Shown: one piece after another, positions 1-12,125 of the stretch
Position numbering within the stretch: the stretch's first letter is position 1
Layout: each line of letters opens with the position of its first letter
Source: Octopus sinensis
Taxonomy: Eukaryota
Reading direction: 5' to 3'
DNA: 64,000 nucleotides
Assembly: GCF_006345805.1 (NCBI RefSeq)
Contig: NC_043004.1
Span: 95,666,001-95,730,000 of the forward strand
Made by a program: the position numbers and the translations under genes
Notes under the pieces: model-generated
What the model saw: the letters and a program-made list of their open reading frames with translations, nothing else
What the model was told of the DNA's origin: nothing
The model's database searches: none

Positions 1-538
1 GCAGGAGTGGTATACATTTTATACATACATACATACATACATACATATACACATACATATATACATATGTATAAATATATATTTAAAATAATTTTTTAAT
101 AGTTTGTATATATGTGTATATATATGTCTGTATGTATGTATATGTATACATATATGCATATTTATATATGTATATATATATACATATATATATGCATATT
201 TATATACATATGTATATGCATATATATATGCATACATATATGCATATATATATGCATATATATATTGAATATATGTATACATTCATATATATATATATAT
301 ATACATATATACATAATGCATACATACATACATATACATATGTATATATGTATGCTTAATAATTCTCCTATAGCATATAAATATTGCGTTCAAAAATAGA
401 TACCCCTCGACTTTCTCTATTCAAAAGTTTTCAACCCAAAATTTATGTGCTTCGAGATCAAGTTCCAAAAAAAAAATTCACATTCTCTCGAAAGATTTTA
501 AGTGCTTATGACGTCAACTATAAATACATATAGATATA

Positions 539-1575
539 TAGAAGGGTTGGACAAAATAATGGAAACACCTTAAAATTTAAAACAAATTTATAATATGGAT
601 AGGACCGCCTTTGGTAGTAATTACAGCTTCGGTTGTTCGTGGTATGGACTCGTACAAAGTTTGAATTGTTTCCGAAGGAATTTTTTCCATTCTTTAGTTA
701 AAACAGTCTCCAGTTCTTGTAGTGATGATGGTGGAGAATAATTGACTCCTTACTTGTTTTTCTAAAATGCATGATAAATGTTCAATGATATTGAGATCTG
801 GGGACTGTGGTGGCCAGGTAAGATGTTCAACTTCACTAGAATGTTCCTCGTGCCATTCAGTAACAAATGTAGCTGTGTGAATTGGTGCATTATCATCTTG
901 AAACATAGTGTTTCCGTCTGGAAAGGCTTCCGCTACCATATGATAAATTTGATCAGATAAAATACTTAAATAATCTTGACCATTAATTCTGCCATGAAGA
1001 GAAGCCATTGGGCCGGCAGATTTCCAAGATACAGCCCCCATCCCCCAGATCATCACAGATCCTCCTCCATGTTTAACAGTTGGAAGAAGATAGTCAGTGT
1101 CAAAAGCTTCTTTTGGCCGTCTCCACACGTATACTCGGTCGATGGTCGGATATAAAGAAAAGGATGATTCGTCCGAGAAAATAACATTCTTCCACTGCTC
1201 CAGGGAATATTCTGTAGGTTTTTACTCCAATCTAAACGCGTTGCAACGTTTGTTTTTGAAAGTAGTGGTTTTCTGATTGCAGCCCTCCCGCGAAATCCGG
1301 GTTTGTGCTGTTCCCAGCAAACAGTTTTTGTGGAAACTGGGTTCTCGAGGTGGTCATTAAGCTCTTCAGTAATTTTGGGAGCTGTACTTTTGTGATCCTT
1401 CCTAACAATTCGTGTGAGAGTCCGACGGACCCTATCTGAAAGTTTTGGTTTTCTTCCGGAGTTTTATTTCGGCGAGTTTTCTTTCACAAAGGCTGCCACT
1501 ACTTTCGAGACAGTACTTCTTGATACTCCAAACATTTCAGCTGTTTTCGTTACGCTAGCGCCTGCCATACGAGTA
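539..1575 (-). mobile_element. Decayed Tc1-family DNA transposon (3' TIR plus most of a DD34E transposase; 5' end lost at a SINE junction)
   Basis: Terminal sequence TA-TAGAAGGGTTGGACAAAATAATGGAAACACC at ~537-570. Minus-strand translation gives MAGASVTKTAEMFGVSRSTVSKV (HTH), SGRKPKLSDRVRR, FSDESSF, TVKHGGGSVMIWG, FQDDNAPIH and PPQSPDLNIIEHL, with frameshifts and stops. Confidence 0.9.
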
Positions 1576-1589
1576 CTAGTCTTGGTGTA

Positions 1590-1630
1590 AAAGTTACGGG
1601 GATGTAAACACACCAGCATCGGTTGTCAAG

Positions 1631-1675
<45 letters not shown>

Positions 1676-1837
1676 TATACGACGGGCTTCTTTCAGTTTC
1701 CGTCTACCGAATCCACTCAAAAGGCTTTTGTCGGCCCGAGACTATAGTAGAAGACACTTGCCCAAGATGCCACGCAGTGGGAGTGAGCCCGGAACCATGT
1801 GGTTCGTAAGCAAGCTACTTACCACACAGCCACTCCT
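1590..1837 (-). mobile_element. SINE family A copy (tRNA head, CORE-like domain, internal microsatellite), 3' part missing
   Basis: Reverse complement reads AGGAGTGGCTGTGTGGTAAGTAGCTTGC...GGCATCTTGGGCAAGTGTCTTCT...GAAGCCCGTCG-(TA)n and matches the other family A copies in the window. Confidence 0.9.
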
Positions 1838-2268
1838 ACACTGGTTATGTATATACATGCAAGTTTATAAATCTATTCCAGCAGTATTTATTGCGTTATA
1901 ATTAATATAATGGAGTTTAACGATTGTGTTAATATCTAATTTATTTATATATGTATATTAATCTTTATATATATGTATATTAAGATTTGACGCATTTTTA
2001 ACCTTTACTCAGAAATATTCTTTTGCGCGCACGCGCGTGAAAAATTAAATATTTGACACAATCGTTAAGCTCCATTACATTAATTATAATGCAATAAATA
2101 TTGCTGGAATGAATTTATAAACTTGCATGTATATACAAAACCGGTTAAAATGATTGTTGAGAGCAACATATTCAGAACAGTAAAAACCAGAAAATCATAA
2201 ATTTTACATAGATGTCAAATTTACGTACTCAGCGTTTTACTATACTTATGCATGCATGTGCAGGCATG

Positions 2269-2319
<51 letters not shown>

Positions 2320-2984
2320 TGTGTGTGTGTGACTTCCAAGGAGCCTAATGATTTACATAGACAGCGCTAAAAACTGGAAATATCTGAATCTTAGAAGCAT
2401 GAATAGCTACCCGAAAAAGGTATGATGCACACCATCTGCTCTCGCCAAAAGGTCATATACAGATCTTTGTGAACTCTAGCAACAAAACAACAGGTTTTTT
2501 TTTAATATCACACACACACACACACAAAACATAGAACAGCAGCCGACTTGGTTATGGCATATAGAGAATCAAAGCCTGGCTCAGCAACACAAAAGACCAC
2601 TATAATTGACAAACCCACGGTGACCACGGCTAATACCTATTTAAATGTCGTAGTAACAATATTGCTGAATGTTAGACGCCTGTTACAAATCATTTGGTAG
2701 ACTAAAATCTCAAGGAGATCTTGCTACATACAATAATGCAATACGTATGGCAGCCACGAAAGCCATCTATCAGCAAATATAACAGACTTTGTGATTTATT
2801 GTATATTCTGTACTCTAGGAGAGAGAAAATATTGAAGTTAGCATGAAGATGTCACAGTCTTAATCACGTTGACACAGCATGAATGGTCGACTCCTCTGTT
2901 GATCTATTTAGGCGAGGTTGTCTCTCATCCATGCATTCTCTCCATTCAGTAAAATCATGTGTATCACTTCCATGCTTAAGGCCG

Positions 2985-3195
2985 CGTGCTGGCAGAATTG
3001 TTAGCACACCGGACAAAATACTTAACGACAGTTCCTCCGTCTTTACATACTGAGTTCAAATTCTGCCAAGGTCCATTTTACCTTTTTTTTTTTTTTCCTT
3101 TTGGGGGTCGATAAAATAAAAGTACCTGTTGAGCATTGGAGTCGACTTTCCCACTTCCCTCGGAATTACTGACCTTGTGCCAAAATTTCAAACCG
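2985..3195 (+). mobile_element. SINE family B, tail type ii (…CTTGTGCCAAAATTT)
   Basis: CTGGCAGAATTGTTAGCAC head, GAGTTCAAATTC B-box, GGGGTCGATAAAATAAAAGTACC core, tail GACCTTGTGCCAAAATTTCAAACC. Confidence 0.75.
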
Positions 3196-3307
3196 CTAAC
3201 ACTTCTATGCAGCTTTCCATTCAAAGTCTGAGGGGGCAAGTGTGCTATCTTTCCATACACGCGTCTCCCACAATACTTTGATTCTTTCCATTATACTGCT
3301 TTGGTGA

Positions 3308-3737
3308 AGGCGGCGAACTGGCAGAAACGTTAGCACACCGGTCGAAATGCGTAGCCGTATTTCGTCTGCCGTTACGTTCTGAGTTCAAATTCCACCGAGG
3401 TCGACTTTGCCTTTCATCCTTTCGGGGTCGATTAAATAAGTACCTATTTCTTTATTACCCACAAGGGGCTAAACACAGAGGGGACAAACAAGGATAGACA
3501 TGGGTATTAAGTCGATTACATCGACCCCAGTGCGTAACTGGAACTTAATTTATCGACCCCGAAAGGATGAAAGGCAAAGTCGACCTCGGCGGAATTTGAA
3601 CTCAGAACGTAACGGCAGACGAAATACCGCTGAGCATTTCGTCCGCCGTGCTAACGAATCTGCCAGCTTGCCGATCCGTTTGTCTGTCCTTGTTTGTCCT
3701 CTCTGTGTGTAGCCCCTTGTGAGTAGTAAAATAAATA
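3308..3737. mobile_element. Nested inverted SINE family B pair (minus copy 3445-3672 inside a plus copy)
   Basis: The plus copy runs from its head to TAAGTACC (3444). A complete reverse-complement copy follows, then the plus-strand tail resumes at 3673 (…TTTGTCTGTCCTTGTTTGTCC…GTAGTAAAATAAATA). Confidence 0.85.
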
Positions 3738-4124
3738 TAATTATACTGCTTTGGTATTTGACTTTTACAAACGCGCGCGCACACATACACGCGCTCATGC
3801 ACGCATATGTACACATGTGAATCCAGTTAAATGACCGTGATGTCATGACATCAAATTGTTTTTCTTTTTGCTTCGATAAGGTTTAACTCGTCACCAGTGT
3901 CTGCCTCAGTTAATATTTCTATCACTCATAACTTGCAGTTGAATGCTTGATGTCAGAGAGAAGATCAAGCAATGAAATCGTCTGTTTAAATAATTCATGC
4001 TTAAACTTGCACAAGATTCCAAACTGCTGCTGCAATTTTAAAAAAAAGTGGACTTCAGTATTGCTGAGAATGATAGAAGATAGCGTGCGTATGAGTGAGA
4101 GAATAATAATAATGCTAATGATTT

Positions 4125-4627
4125 CTTTGAAATGTTATCGTGTACATGTTTTGTTTTGATATACAAGATGGGCTACAGCAAATATTCTGCTCAATACCAC
4201 ACATTTGCTTCTCGGTTGTTTGAACTTAACCAGTTGAGCATGTCCCTTAGTGGCTGATGAGATGTGCATCTCTAATCTCGAGCAGAAATAACGGGAGTAC
4301 ATCATAACCATGTGTTGAGCGAAATTCTTTGGGGTTTGAAAAATTCGCCTCTGGAAACATGGGTGCTTCGTTCATCATCCTTAAATAATTCTTATTCAGG
4401 GACCGTTTGAATGGGATGGGCTATTCGACCTGAAGAAAATCCTGAGTCCCACTTGCACGGTCATGTGCTGTTTATCTTGGTATAAGATCACCATGTCACC
4501 CACATGTGGTTGTGATGCATGTGCCTGGTGCACCCTTATCAGACGGGTAGTTATGATGGGTATATTGGGCTTCGAATATTTGTACCCCCAGTGTGTCACT
4601 TTGATGGCATGCACTGCTCTCTCACTC
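4125..4627 (+). mobile_element. Family F non-coding retroposon-like repeat with (AAT)n tail, copy 1
   Basis: High identity to the copies at 8394, 49878 and 58377; ends GGCATGCACTGCTCTCTCACTC followed by (AAT)n. Confidence 0.85.
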
Positions 4628-4663
4628 AATAATAATAATAATAACAACAACAACAACAACAAC

Positions 4664-4697
<34 letters not shown>

Positions 4698-4714
4698 TGT
4701 GGGCGACATGGTGA

Positions 4715-5059
4715 GCATGAGGGAGCATCATAGCCATGTTGTTGAGAGGGATTCTTTGGGGTTTGAATAATTCACCTCTGGAAACACTGGTGTTTCGTTC
4801 AGCATCTTTAAACAATCTTAATTCAGGGACCTTTTGAGCGGGATAAGTTACTCAACCTGAAGAAAATTCTAACTGAGCCCCACCTGCAAGGTCATGTGCT
4901 GTTTATCTTGATATGAGATCACCGTGTCGTGCACATAAGGTTGTGATGCGATGCATGTGCCTGGTGCACCCTTATCAGACAGGTAGTCATGACAGATGTA
5001 CTGGGCTTCGTATATTTTACCTAAGTGTCACTTTGATGGCATGCACTGCTCTCTCACTC
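4715..5059 (+). mobile_element. Family F copy 2, 5'-truncated, tandem to copy 1
   Basis: Same 3' end CTCTCTCACTC-(AAT)n; starts mid-element immediately after the (AAT/AAC)n tail of copy 1. Confidence 0.85.
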
Positions 5060-5086
5060 AATAATAATAATAATAATAATAATAAC

Positions 5087-5148
<62 letters not shown>

Positions 5149-5301
5149 TAATGGTCTCAAATTTTGGCACAAGACCAGCAGTTTCGGGGAAGGGATTAAG
5201 TCGATTAAATCGACCCCAGTACTCAAGTGATACTTATTTTATCGACTCCAATAATAATAAATAATACAGAATAAGAACAGTGCAGTACGATTTGTAATAA
5301 A

Positions 5302-6106
5302 CTAGCAGAATTGCCCGGCGATGCTCGGGGCTGAATTGCTTGAAAGTACTGTTAATGATTGCACTGAATTATGATGATTATTCAGGCAAATATTGATATA
5401 AGTTTACGGTGGGAGATAAGGACTTAACGATCAAACGTGTGCCATTGCATTGTTTTGGGGGAACCAAATTTCTAATGAGCATTATAGGGGCACCAACTTT
5501 AAGTTTGAGAATGTGTGGTGGTAGTCCGGGGGGCTCAAAGGAATTGAGTACCTCTATTGGATAGTTGATGACGTCCTCTGGGTCAGGAATTGTATCGATA
5601 GACTTATATACATAGACATCCCCAGGAATGATTTTTAGCATTTCATCATTAATATGGTGAACAGTTTTATTCCTCGGGGCCAGAATAGCCCTTTGGCCAA
5701 TCCAATCCATATTCTGATAATTAGCTTGTAGATCTGGGAACACTGCATCTCTGAGATCAGAAGGCGTTTTAACAATGGTACAAATGGAATCGATGGCAAT
5801 ATTACCATTTTCATCCCCTGGTATTTTGCCTTCGCCAAGTTGGGAGTTAAAAAGGTCGAGTTGCGTCCCCTAGACAGTCTGTGGTTTGTGTTTCTGATTC
5901 TCGACCCCATGTCAAATTTATCGATTTTGTCCAGAACTGGGGGAACTTTTCAAAGTTTTCGCTGCGTTAGTTTTGAATTATGACATTGGGCTATGTGTGT
6001 GTCAAGTTTCATCAGAATCGGTTGAAAGCCGTGGTCAGGGTGAGGGCACAACCTAACAGACACACAGACACGCACACAGACAAACTGCCGTTTATATAGA
6101 GAGAGA
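5302..6106 (-). mobile_element. Non-autonomous Helitron carrying a Pif1-type helicase fragment
   Basis: The minus strand starts TC(TCTCTATATAAA) after an A, and ends with hairpin CCCGAGCATCGCCGGG then CTAG before a T (A|T target, no TSD). The internal minus ORF RAILAPRN…SIDT…LNSFEPPGLPPHILKLKVGAPIMLIRNL…CNGTRLIV is a Helitron helicase segment. Confidence 0.92.
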
Positions 6107-6692
6107 TACCGAAGGCCGAATAATGACAGAGTTACTGTGCAAATCTACGTCGTCCCACATTTATCTTCACCACTGCTCCGAGTATCCACATCATACAATT
6201 AAGTCAAATCCAAAGTCCTTGTTTTTGAGGATAAAACGTATTTGTTTTGACATGCTTTTGTGGACCATTATGTCGAACGCGGTTATAGCGAATCAACGAT
6301 GACAGGAAATCGCAAATGACATAACTATAATTAGCAATGAAAGTCAAACTTTTACACTTAAATTTAACAAGCAAAGTAAAATTTATGACCAAATTCCTTT
6401 AATGAGTAACTGGCTCCGAAATTTCGCTGGCATTTCAAAGCTATTACATGAAAGTTACCAACATATTTCAGAAAAATATCCTCGCTTCAAATAAATATTT
6501 CCTCATCCGCCTATTGTCGCCTTTAGACGCAATAAAAATTTAAGAGAACTATTAACCGGTACCTCTAATCGAAATAAAAACTCCATTAGAGTTTCTGAAC
6601 GCTGTACCCCGAAAAACAGCTGCAACAAATGTAAGCCCTGTTCATTGAGTAACAATACGAGTCAAGTCAATTCCATCACGAATTATAACAAA

Positions 6693-7087
6693 CTAGCAGT
6701 ATCGCCCGGCGTTGCTCGGGTTTGTAAGGGAAATAACTATATAAGCATTTTTAGAGATGTAAAGTATAATAGCCATCTCAATATGGCTAACCACAAAGGG
6801 GGGTGTTACTGTAGCTTTTTATGTTCTGAGATTTAATAATAAATTTTTAGAGAGTTACTTCCCTTATATATGCCAAAAATGCATTAAAAATGAGAAAAAT
6901 TGATGGTACATTTTTTTTTTAATCGTAGACTCATCGTAGACGCGCGCTAATACCCAGAAGGGCTCGATATGAATCACGACTATAAGATACCCGCTTTTGG
7001 TTAAACTGCACCGCAAAATGTGGGAGCAGTTAGGAATCTAAATCGTAGGAGACAGACAGCACACAACCTCACTTTTATATATAAAGA
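6693..7087 (-). mobile_element. Short non-autonomous Helitron
   Basis: Minus strand A|TCTTTATATATAAAAGTG … CCCGAGCAACGCCGGG-CGATACTG-CTAG|T. The 3' hairpin and terminus are nearly identical to those of the 5302-6106 element. Confidence 0.9.
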
Positions 7088-7355
7088 TATAATGATTTAT
7101 AGAGAAGATGGGACCTGTGAGGAGGATTTCCATTTGGTGTACGCAACAGAATGCATCAAGCACAGCATGATTAATGTTGGTTATACTACAGAACAATTAA
7201 ATAAAAGATTCAATGGGCATCAGTAAGTTAGATGGAACTTGCCGAACATTTTATATCGAACGCCTGCAAATTTGGGGAACAACTGAAAATACACATCCTC
7301 AAAAAATATTCTGACTCCACTGCACTTTAGTCCTCAAAATACAAGAGGATAAATA

Positions 7356-7862
7356 TGTAACGGGAATTGGTTGCTTCTTGTACTTTTAGAGTGCAACTCG
7401 GGTGCATTCACAATTTCCGTTGCTTAAATTTCCAGATTCTACCAGTCAAAGAACACAAACGCAACAGTAAAAATATATACTCTTTATTGTTCTTATAACA
7501 GTAAGAAATAAGGTGGTATATTTGGTTCCGCTTGGTATGGATGTGGCAAGGCTGAAACTTTAACGCTTGTAAGAATCTTACAAGTTCAACAGCAAACTGA
7601 GCTGGTCAAATATGGCGTCCTTAGGGAGCGAAGAAAATACGTCCTTTCTCTTCGATAGCTGTGCCTCAAGTCATTCTGCTCACTGCTGCTATGCGTCTCC
7701 CTGTACCCTTTTTAGGGGAACGCCACATCATCATTCCCTTCTTCCGGTCTTCGCGCATGCGCGAGAGGACACTTCCCTTCCGCCTCCCCAGAAAGCTCCA
7801 AACCCCGCACACGCGAACTGAAGTGGCGTTGCGCACGCGCGCTGTTGCATAGCGTCACTACA
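7356..7862 (-). mobile_element. Solo LTR (Ty3/Gypsy-like, 4-bp TSD)
   Basis: TG…CA termini (TGTAACGG…CACTACA) flanked by AATA at 7352-7355 and 7863-7866. AATAAA on the minus strand (~7483); GC-richer than the flanks. Confidence 0.85.
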
Positions 7863-8117
7863 AATATATTTGTAGATTACTAAAGTTCGACCCTGGAAGA
7901 GTGGACAAAATGACAGGAGAATTCCATCACATTTACACAAAACCTTTTGAGTGTTCTGTCTCCGGTTTTCTTTTTTCTTCGTTTTTATTTTTCCTTGATA
8001 CCAGTTATGAAATAGTAAAAATTGGATGAAGTCGTTTTGTCTAAAGATCGATGAATATTACAGCTCAAATTTTGAATTTCTGTATTTCAGTGCAGTTTTT
8101 CTTTTTATTTTTCATTT

Positions 8118-8159
8118 TTAACTCAAGGAAGACAGACATACTGTCGAAATATTGTTCAA
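8118..8159 (+). ncRNA. Degenerate minimal type I hammerhead ribozyme motif in the Penelope 3' region
   Basis: AAC-[TCAAGGA]-A-GACAG-ACATA-CTGTC-GAAA-TA-T-T-GTT. Perfect 5-bp stem II, GAAA, palindromic ATAT stem III and AAC/GTT stem I are present, but the core has three substitutions relative to CUGANGA. Confidence 0.4.
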
Positions 8160-8353
8160 TTCAATAAACAATGTCAATCTCTATTTATTATAAACCTTAT
8201 CACACTCTTCTTATTGTGTATTAGCTTTGTGAAGAATTACGTCAATCTTCCAAAACAAAGAAGAAGAAGAAGAAGAAGAAGAAGAAGAAGAAGAACTGAA
8301 TAATAATAATAATGATAATAATAATAATAATAATGATAATAATAATAATAATA

Positions 8354-8393
<40 letters not shown>

Positions 8394-8923
8394 TTGCCTT
8401 GATGCAATACCAGGCAGTGGCTCTCGTGGCTTCTGATCTTAACTGATTGGAAGTGTTATCGTGTACATGTTTTGTCTTGGTGTAAAAGAAGGGCTACAGC
8501 AAATATTCTACTCGATACCACATATTTGCTTGTCAGTTGCTTCATCTTAACCAGTTGAGCATGTCCCTTAGTGGCAGACGATATGTGCATCTCTGATCAC
8601 GAGCAGAAGTAGTGGGGGAGCATTATAGCCATATGTTGAGAGGAATTCTTTGAGGTTTGAATAATTCACTTCTGGAAACATGGATGTTTCGTTCATCATT
8701 TTTAAACAACCTTTAATTGGGTACTTTTTTGAGCAAGATGGGCTACTCGACCTGAAGAAAGTTCTAACCTGGATGGTCATGCGCTATTTATCACCACATC
8801 GCGCACATATGGTTGTGATGCATGTGCTGATACCTTTATCAGACGGGTAGTCATGATTGGTATACTGGGCTTCGTATATTTGTACCCTTGGTCACTTTGA
8901 TGTCATGCGCTGCTCCTTCACTC
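8394..8923 (+). mobile_element. Family F copy 3 (near full length) between (AAT)n tracts
   Basis: Starts TGCCTTGATGCAATACCAGGCAGTGGCTCTC after (AAT)n and ends CACTC-AATAATAG. Confidence 0.85.
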
Positions 8924-10069
8924 AATAATAGTAATAATAATAATACTCTCGCCCATGCATTGTGTCCATTCAACAGTGTCTTTTAATATCACTTCTTTGC
9001 TTCTTTCCTTTCAGTGTCAATGAAGTCAAGTGTGCTGCTTTCATTTCCTGCACACTCGTGTACAACACAGCACATTGGGAGCCAAATGGATGTGTTATAG
9101 CGGGTGACAAATTAAATCCACTACCCAGGTTGACTGTGGCGTGATTTATACTCAAAAGGCAAAAAAAAAATACTGCTAATCCAACGCCCTTTATCAGTAA
9201 TTTTTATCAACCAGATAGGATGCAAAACAGGAACTGGTTTCAGCGGGACTTGAACTCAGAACGCAGAGCAGTGAAACAAATAATGTATGGTATTCTGATC
9301 GACGATCTGGTGACTTTGCCAGTTAACCGAAATAAAATCAATAGATTTATTCTATTCGTTTAAGAAAAAAATAAGGTTTCGTCTTGCTTTGATCAAAAAT
9401 ATGTCTCTCAAACACGAGCAATCATGTCAGCATGAATGTCCTTGGGAACTAAGCCCTTTTTTCTGTATGTACTTGATAACGCCACGATACTAAATTTTGT
9501 CCGTCTTCACGAGAAGTCGCTACTAGTTACGTTTAACGTTATCTTTCGATTGTTAGATGTCAATTTACTTGGAAAGAAATAACGCAGCTACTATTAAGAA
9601 TAGTTGAAATTAAAGCATACATGATTAATGCAGCTCTAGCATCACTCCTTCAGTCAGCTTATGAAATTTTCAGCTCACCCTCGTACAACAACAAACTGTG
9701 TAATGAAAAGGAAAGGACGGAAATTTTGAAGAAAGATTAAGTGATAAATATAAAGGCAATAAAAAAAAGTTACTTCATTTGTAAGCATATTTCGAATATT
9801 TAAGAGAAATTCCTTCTACCACTTGAAAATATTATTTCCGAGGTAGCTAAACTATTTTATAAAACCATTCAGTCAATAAAACAATCAATTTTGTTGCTTG
9901 TAAGATAAATAAACTAATTTTCATTTAAATATTTATTAATGAACAACAGTTGAGGAATTATAAAAAGACATGAAAACTTTTTTAATCAAGATTAAAAATA
10001 ATTCACTAAAATTTATCATATTCTTTAAAAATAATTCATTAAAAATAATTCGCTAAAATTTATCATATC

Positions 10070-10477
10070 AGGCGCAGGAGTGGCTGTGTGGTAAGTATCT
10101 TGCTAACCAACCACATGGTACCGGGTTCAGTCCCACTGCGTGGCATCTTGGGCAAGTGTCTTCTGCTATAGCCCTGGGCCGACCAATGCCTTGTGAGTGG
10201 ATTTGGTAGACGGAAACTGAAAGAAGCCTGTCGTATATATGTATATATATGTGTGTGTGTGTGTGTGTTTGTGTGTCTGTGTTTGTCCCCCTAGCATTGC
10301 TTGACAACCGATGCTGGTGTGTTTATGACCCCGTCACTTAGCGGTTCGACAAAAGAGACCGATAGAATAAGTACTGGGCTTACAAAGAATATGTCCCGGG
10401 GTCGATTTGCTCGACTAAAGGCGGTGCTCCAGCATGGCCGCAGTCAAATGACTGAAACAAGTAAAAGAGTAAAGAGT
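10070..10477 (+). mobile_element. SINE family A, full length
   Basis: A-box TGGCTGTGTGG, B-box-like GGTTCAGTCCC, CORE-like ATCTTGGGCAAGTG, internal (TA)(TG)n, tail CCAGCATGGCCGCAGTCAAATGACTGAAACAAGTAAAAGAG. Confidence 0.92.
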
Positions 10478-10909
10478 ATATTCACTTGTTTATTTATAAG
10501 GAAGTTTGGGCTAAGATATATCACTGAAATATTACAATACTCTTGTGAAGAAAGTTTTTTTAAATAATTTTTTTCTTTGACATACATTTTTGACGTTCAG
10601 CTCATCTTGAACAAAAAACAGTAATAACCAAGAACAAGTTTACAAGATGGTCAAATTATAGGCACTATGTCACCACCATAGCTTCTATTCATCTCCAAAA
10701 TAAAGAAGCCATTAAGCCTCTATTCATCTCTAAAATAAAGACTGTCATCTGAAACCAACACTCTACAAAATAAAAATAGAATGGCCGAAAGTAAATGTTA
10801 CTAAGCACAAAGGACTAACGTAAACTAGTGTCTGCCAAAGGTTATATACAAACAGGTGTCCAACGTTATATAAGGGTAGGTGTCCTAAATTACAGAGAAC
10901 CTGGTTTAA

Positions 10910-11129
10910 CCCTTTAGCATTCAAACCGGCCATATCTGGCCAAAATATTTAACCTGTTTTATATTGAAACTGACCAGATCTCACTTCTCACCTCAGCCCT
11001 ACAATGTCGTTCTAAAACTAAAAAATCACATCACTGAAATCTCTAAACTACAAGATAATGCAGGATTAATTCAAACCATTTTAAATAAACAAACATCACA
11101 TTTGACAGAATAATCTGAACACTAAAGGG
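10910..11129. mobile_element. piggyBac-type MITE (220 bp)
   Basis: TTAA|CCCTTTAGCATTCAAA … TCTGAACACTAAAGGG|TTAA: TTAA TSD and CCC/GGG termini. Confidence 0.85.
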
Positions 11130-12088
11130 TTAAGGTCATTTAAAGAAAGACAGATGTCTTTACAAACAGGTATCTAAAGATATATAAAACTGATGTCTAA
11201 GGTTATATACAAACAAGGAGCCATACGTCTTAAACAAAGACATTTGTATTGCTGTGATTGCTAACCATAAGTCAGCTTTCATCTAGCAGACCTAAGATCG
11301 AATAAATTCCAGCTATGACCAATCGTTTTTCTCTTCTTTTTTTTCTTCCAAATATAATGTAGGACTATATTTTGAAACATGATTTTGAATGAGATTTGGT
11401 AACTATTTCTAGCTTGTTATCTATGCTCTTCTAATGGCTTCTCTTCAGTGCAGAGAGAGAGAGACAAACAGACAGACAGACAGACAAACTGACAGTCAGA
11501 CAGACAGTCAGACAGGCAGACAGTCAGTCAGACAGACAGACACAGACAGACAGACAGACAGACTGGAACTCCCTCGTGTATTGTAAATCATAAATGGCTC
11601 AGTCAGAACATCTTTTTGACTAAAAGATAATATTTTTTTTTTTTAATGATATATGAAATGTAATATAGAGAATGAAGAGAATGAAAAACTTAAGTGAGAG
11701 TTAAGTATACCAAATAACTGTGATAAGATTTAGTGAGCAAATTTAATATTCTGTCAGTAACATATGTACAGTATAATGTGACAATAGCAACAGCAATGAT
11801 AGTGGTGATATATGGAAACCATGGATGCATACAAATGACTGCATTTAATAAAGAACAGAATTTTAAATAATTTGACTTAGAATTTAAGTTGATTTATTTA
11901 TTTTCCTTGTAACTTACGTTTTTCCCCTCTGCTTCTATCTCTAACTAGCCTTTATTTTTGCCTACATTCTTGTTCTTGTTCTTTATCTCATTTGTCTTAT
12001 TTTGAGTGAAATTTGTACATATCTGTGTGTGTGTGTGTGTGGGTGTGTGTGTGTGTGCAAGAATAATAATCAAGTACATATGCTTCTG

Positions 12089-12125
<37 letters not shown>

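Larger units (their letters stand above)
5260..8260 (+). mobile_element. Decayed Penelope-like retroelement 3' half (RT thumb, linker, GIY-YIG endonuclease, 3' pLTR), split by three insertions
   Basis: 6108-6250 translates TEGRIMTELLCKSTSSHIYLHHCSEYPHHTIKSNPKSLFLRIKRIC (PLE thumb). 6480-6560 gives IFPHPPIVAFRRNKNLRELL, followed by CNKCKPC. 7110-7225 gives TCEEDFHLVYATECIKHSMINVGYTTEQLNKRFNGH (GIY-YIG-like). Outer boundaries are approximate. Confidence 0.85.

Noticed and set aside
4697-4714. 18-nt inverted piece at the 5' junction of family F copy 2 (possible twin priming)
   Set aside because: The inverted piece derives from sequence still present downstream in the copy, which does not fit classical twin priming, and it is too short to interpret.
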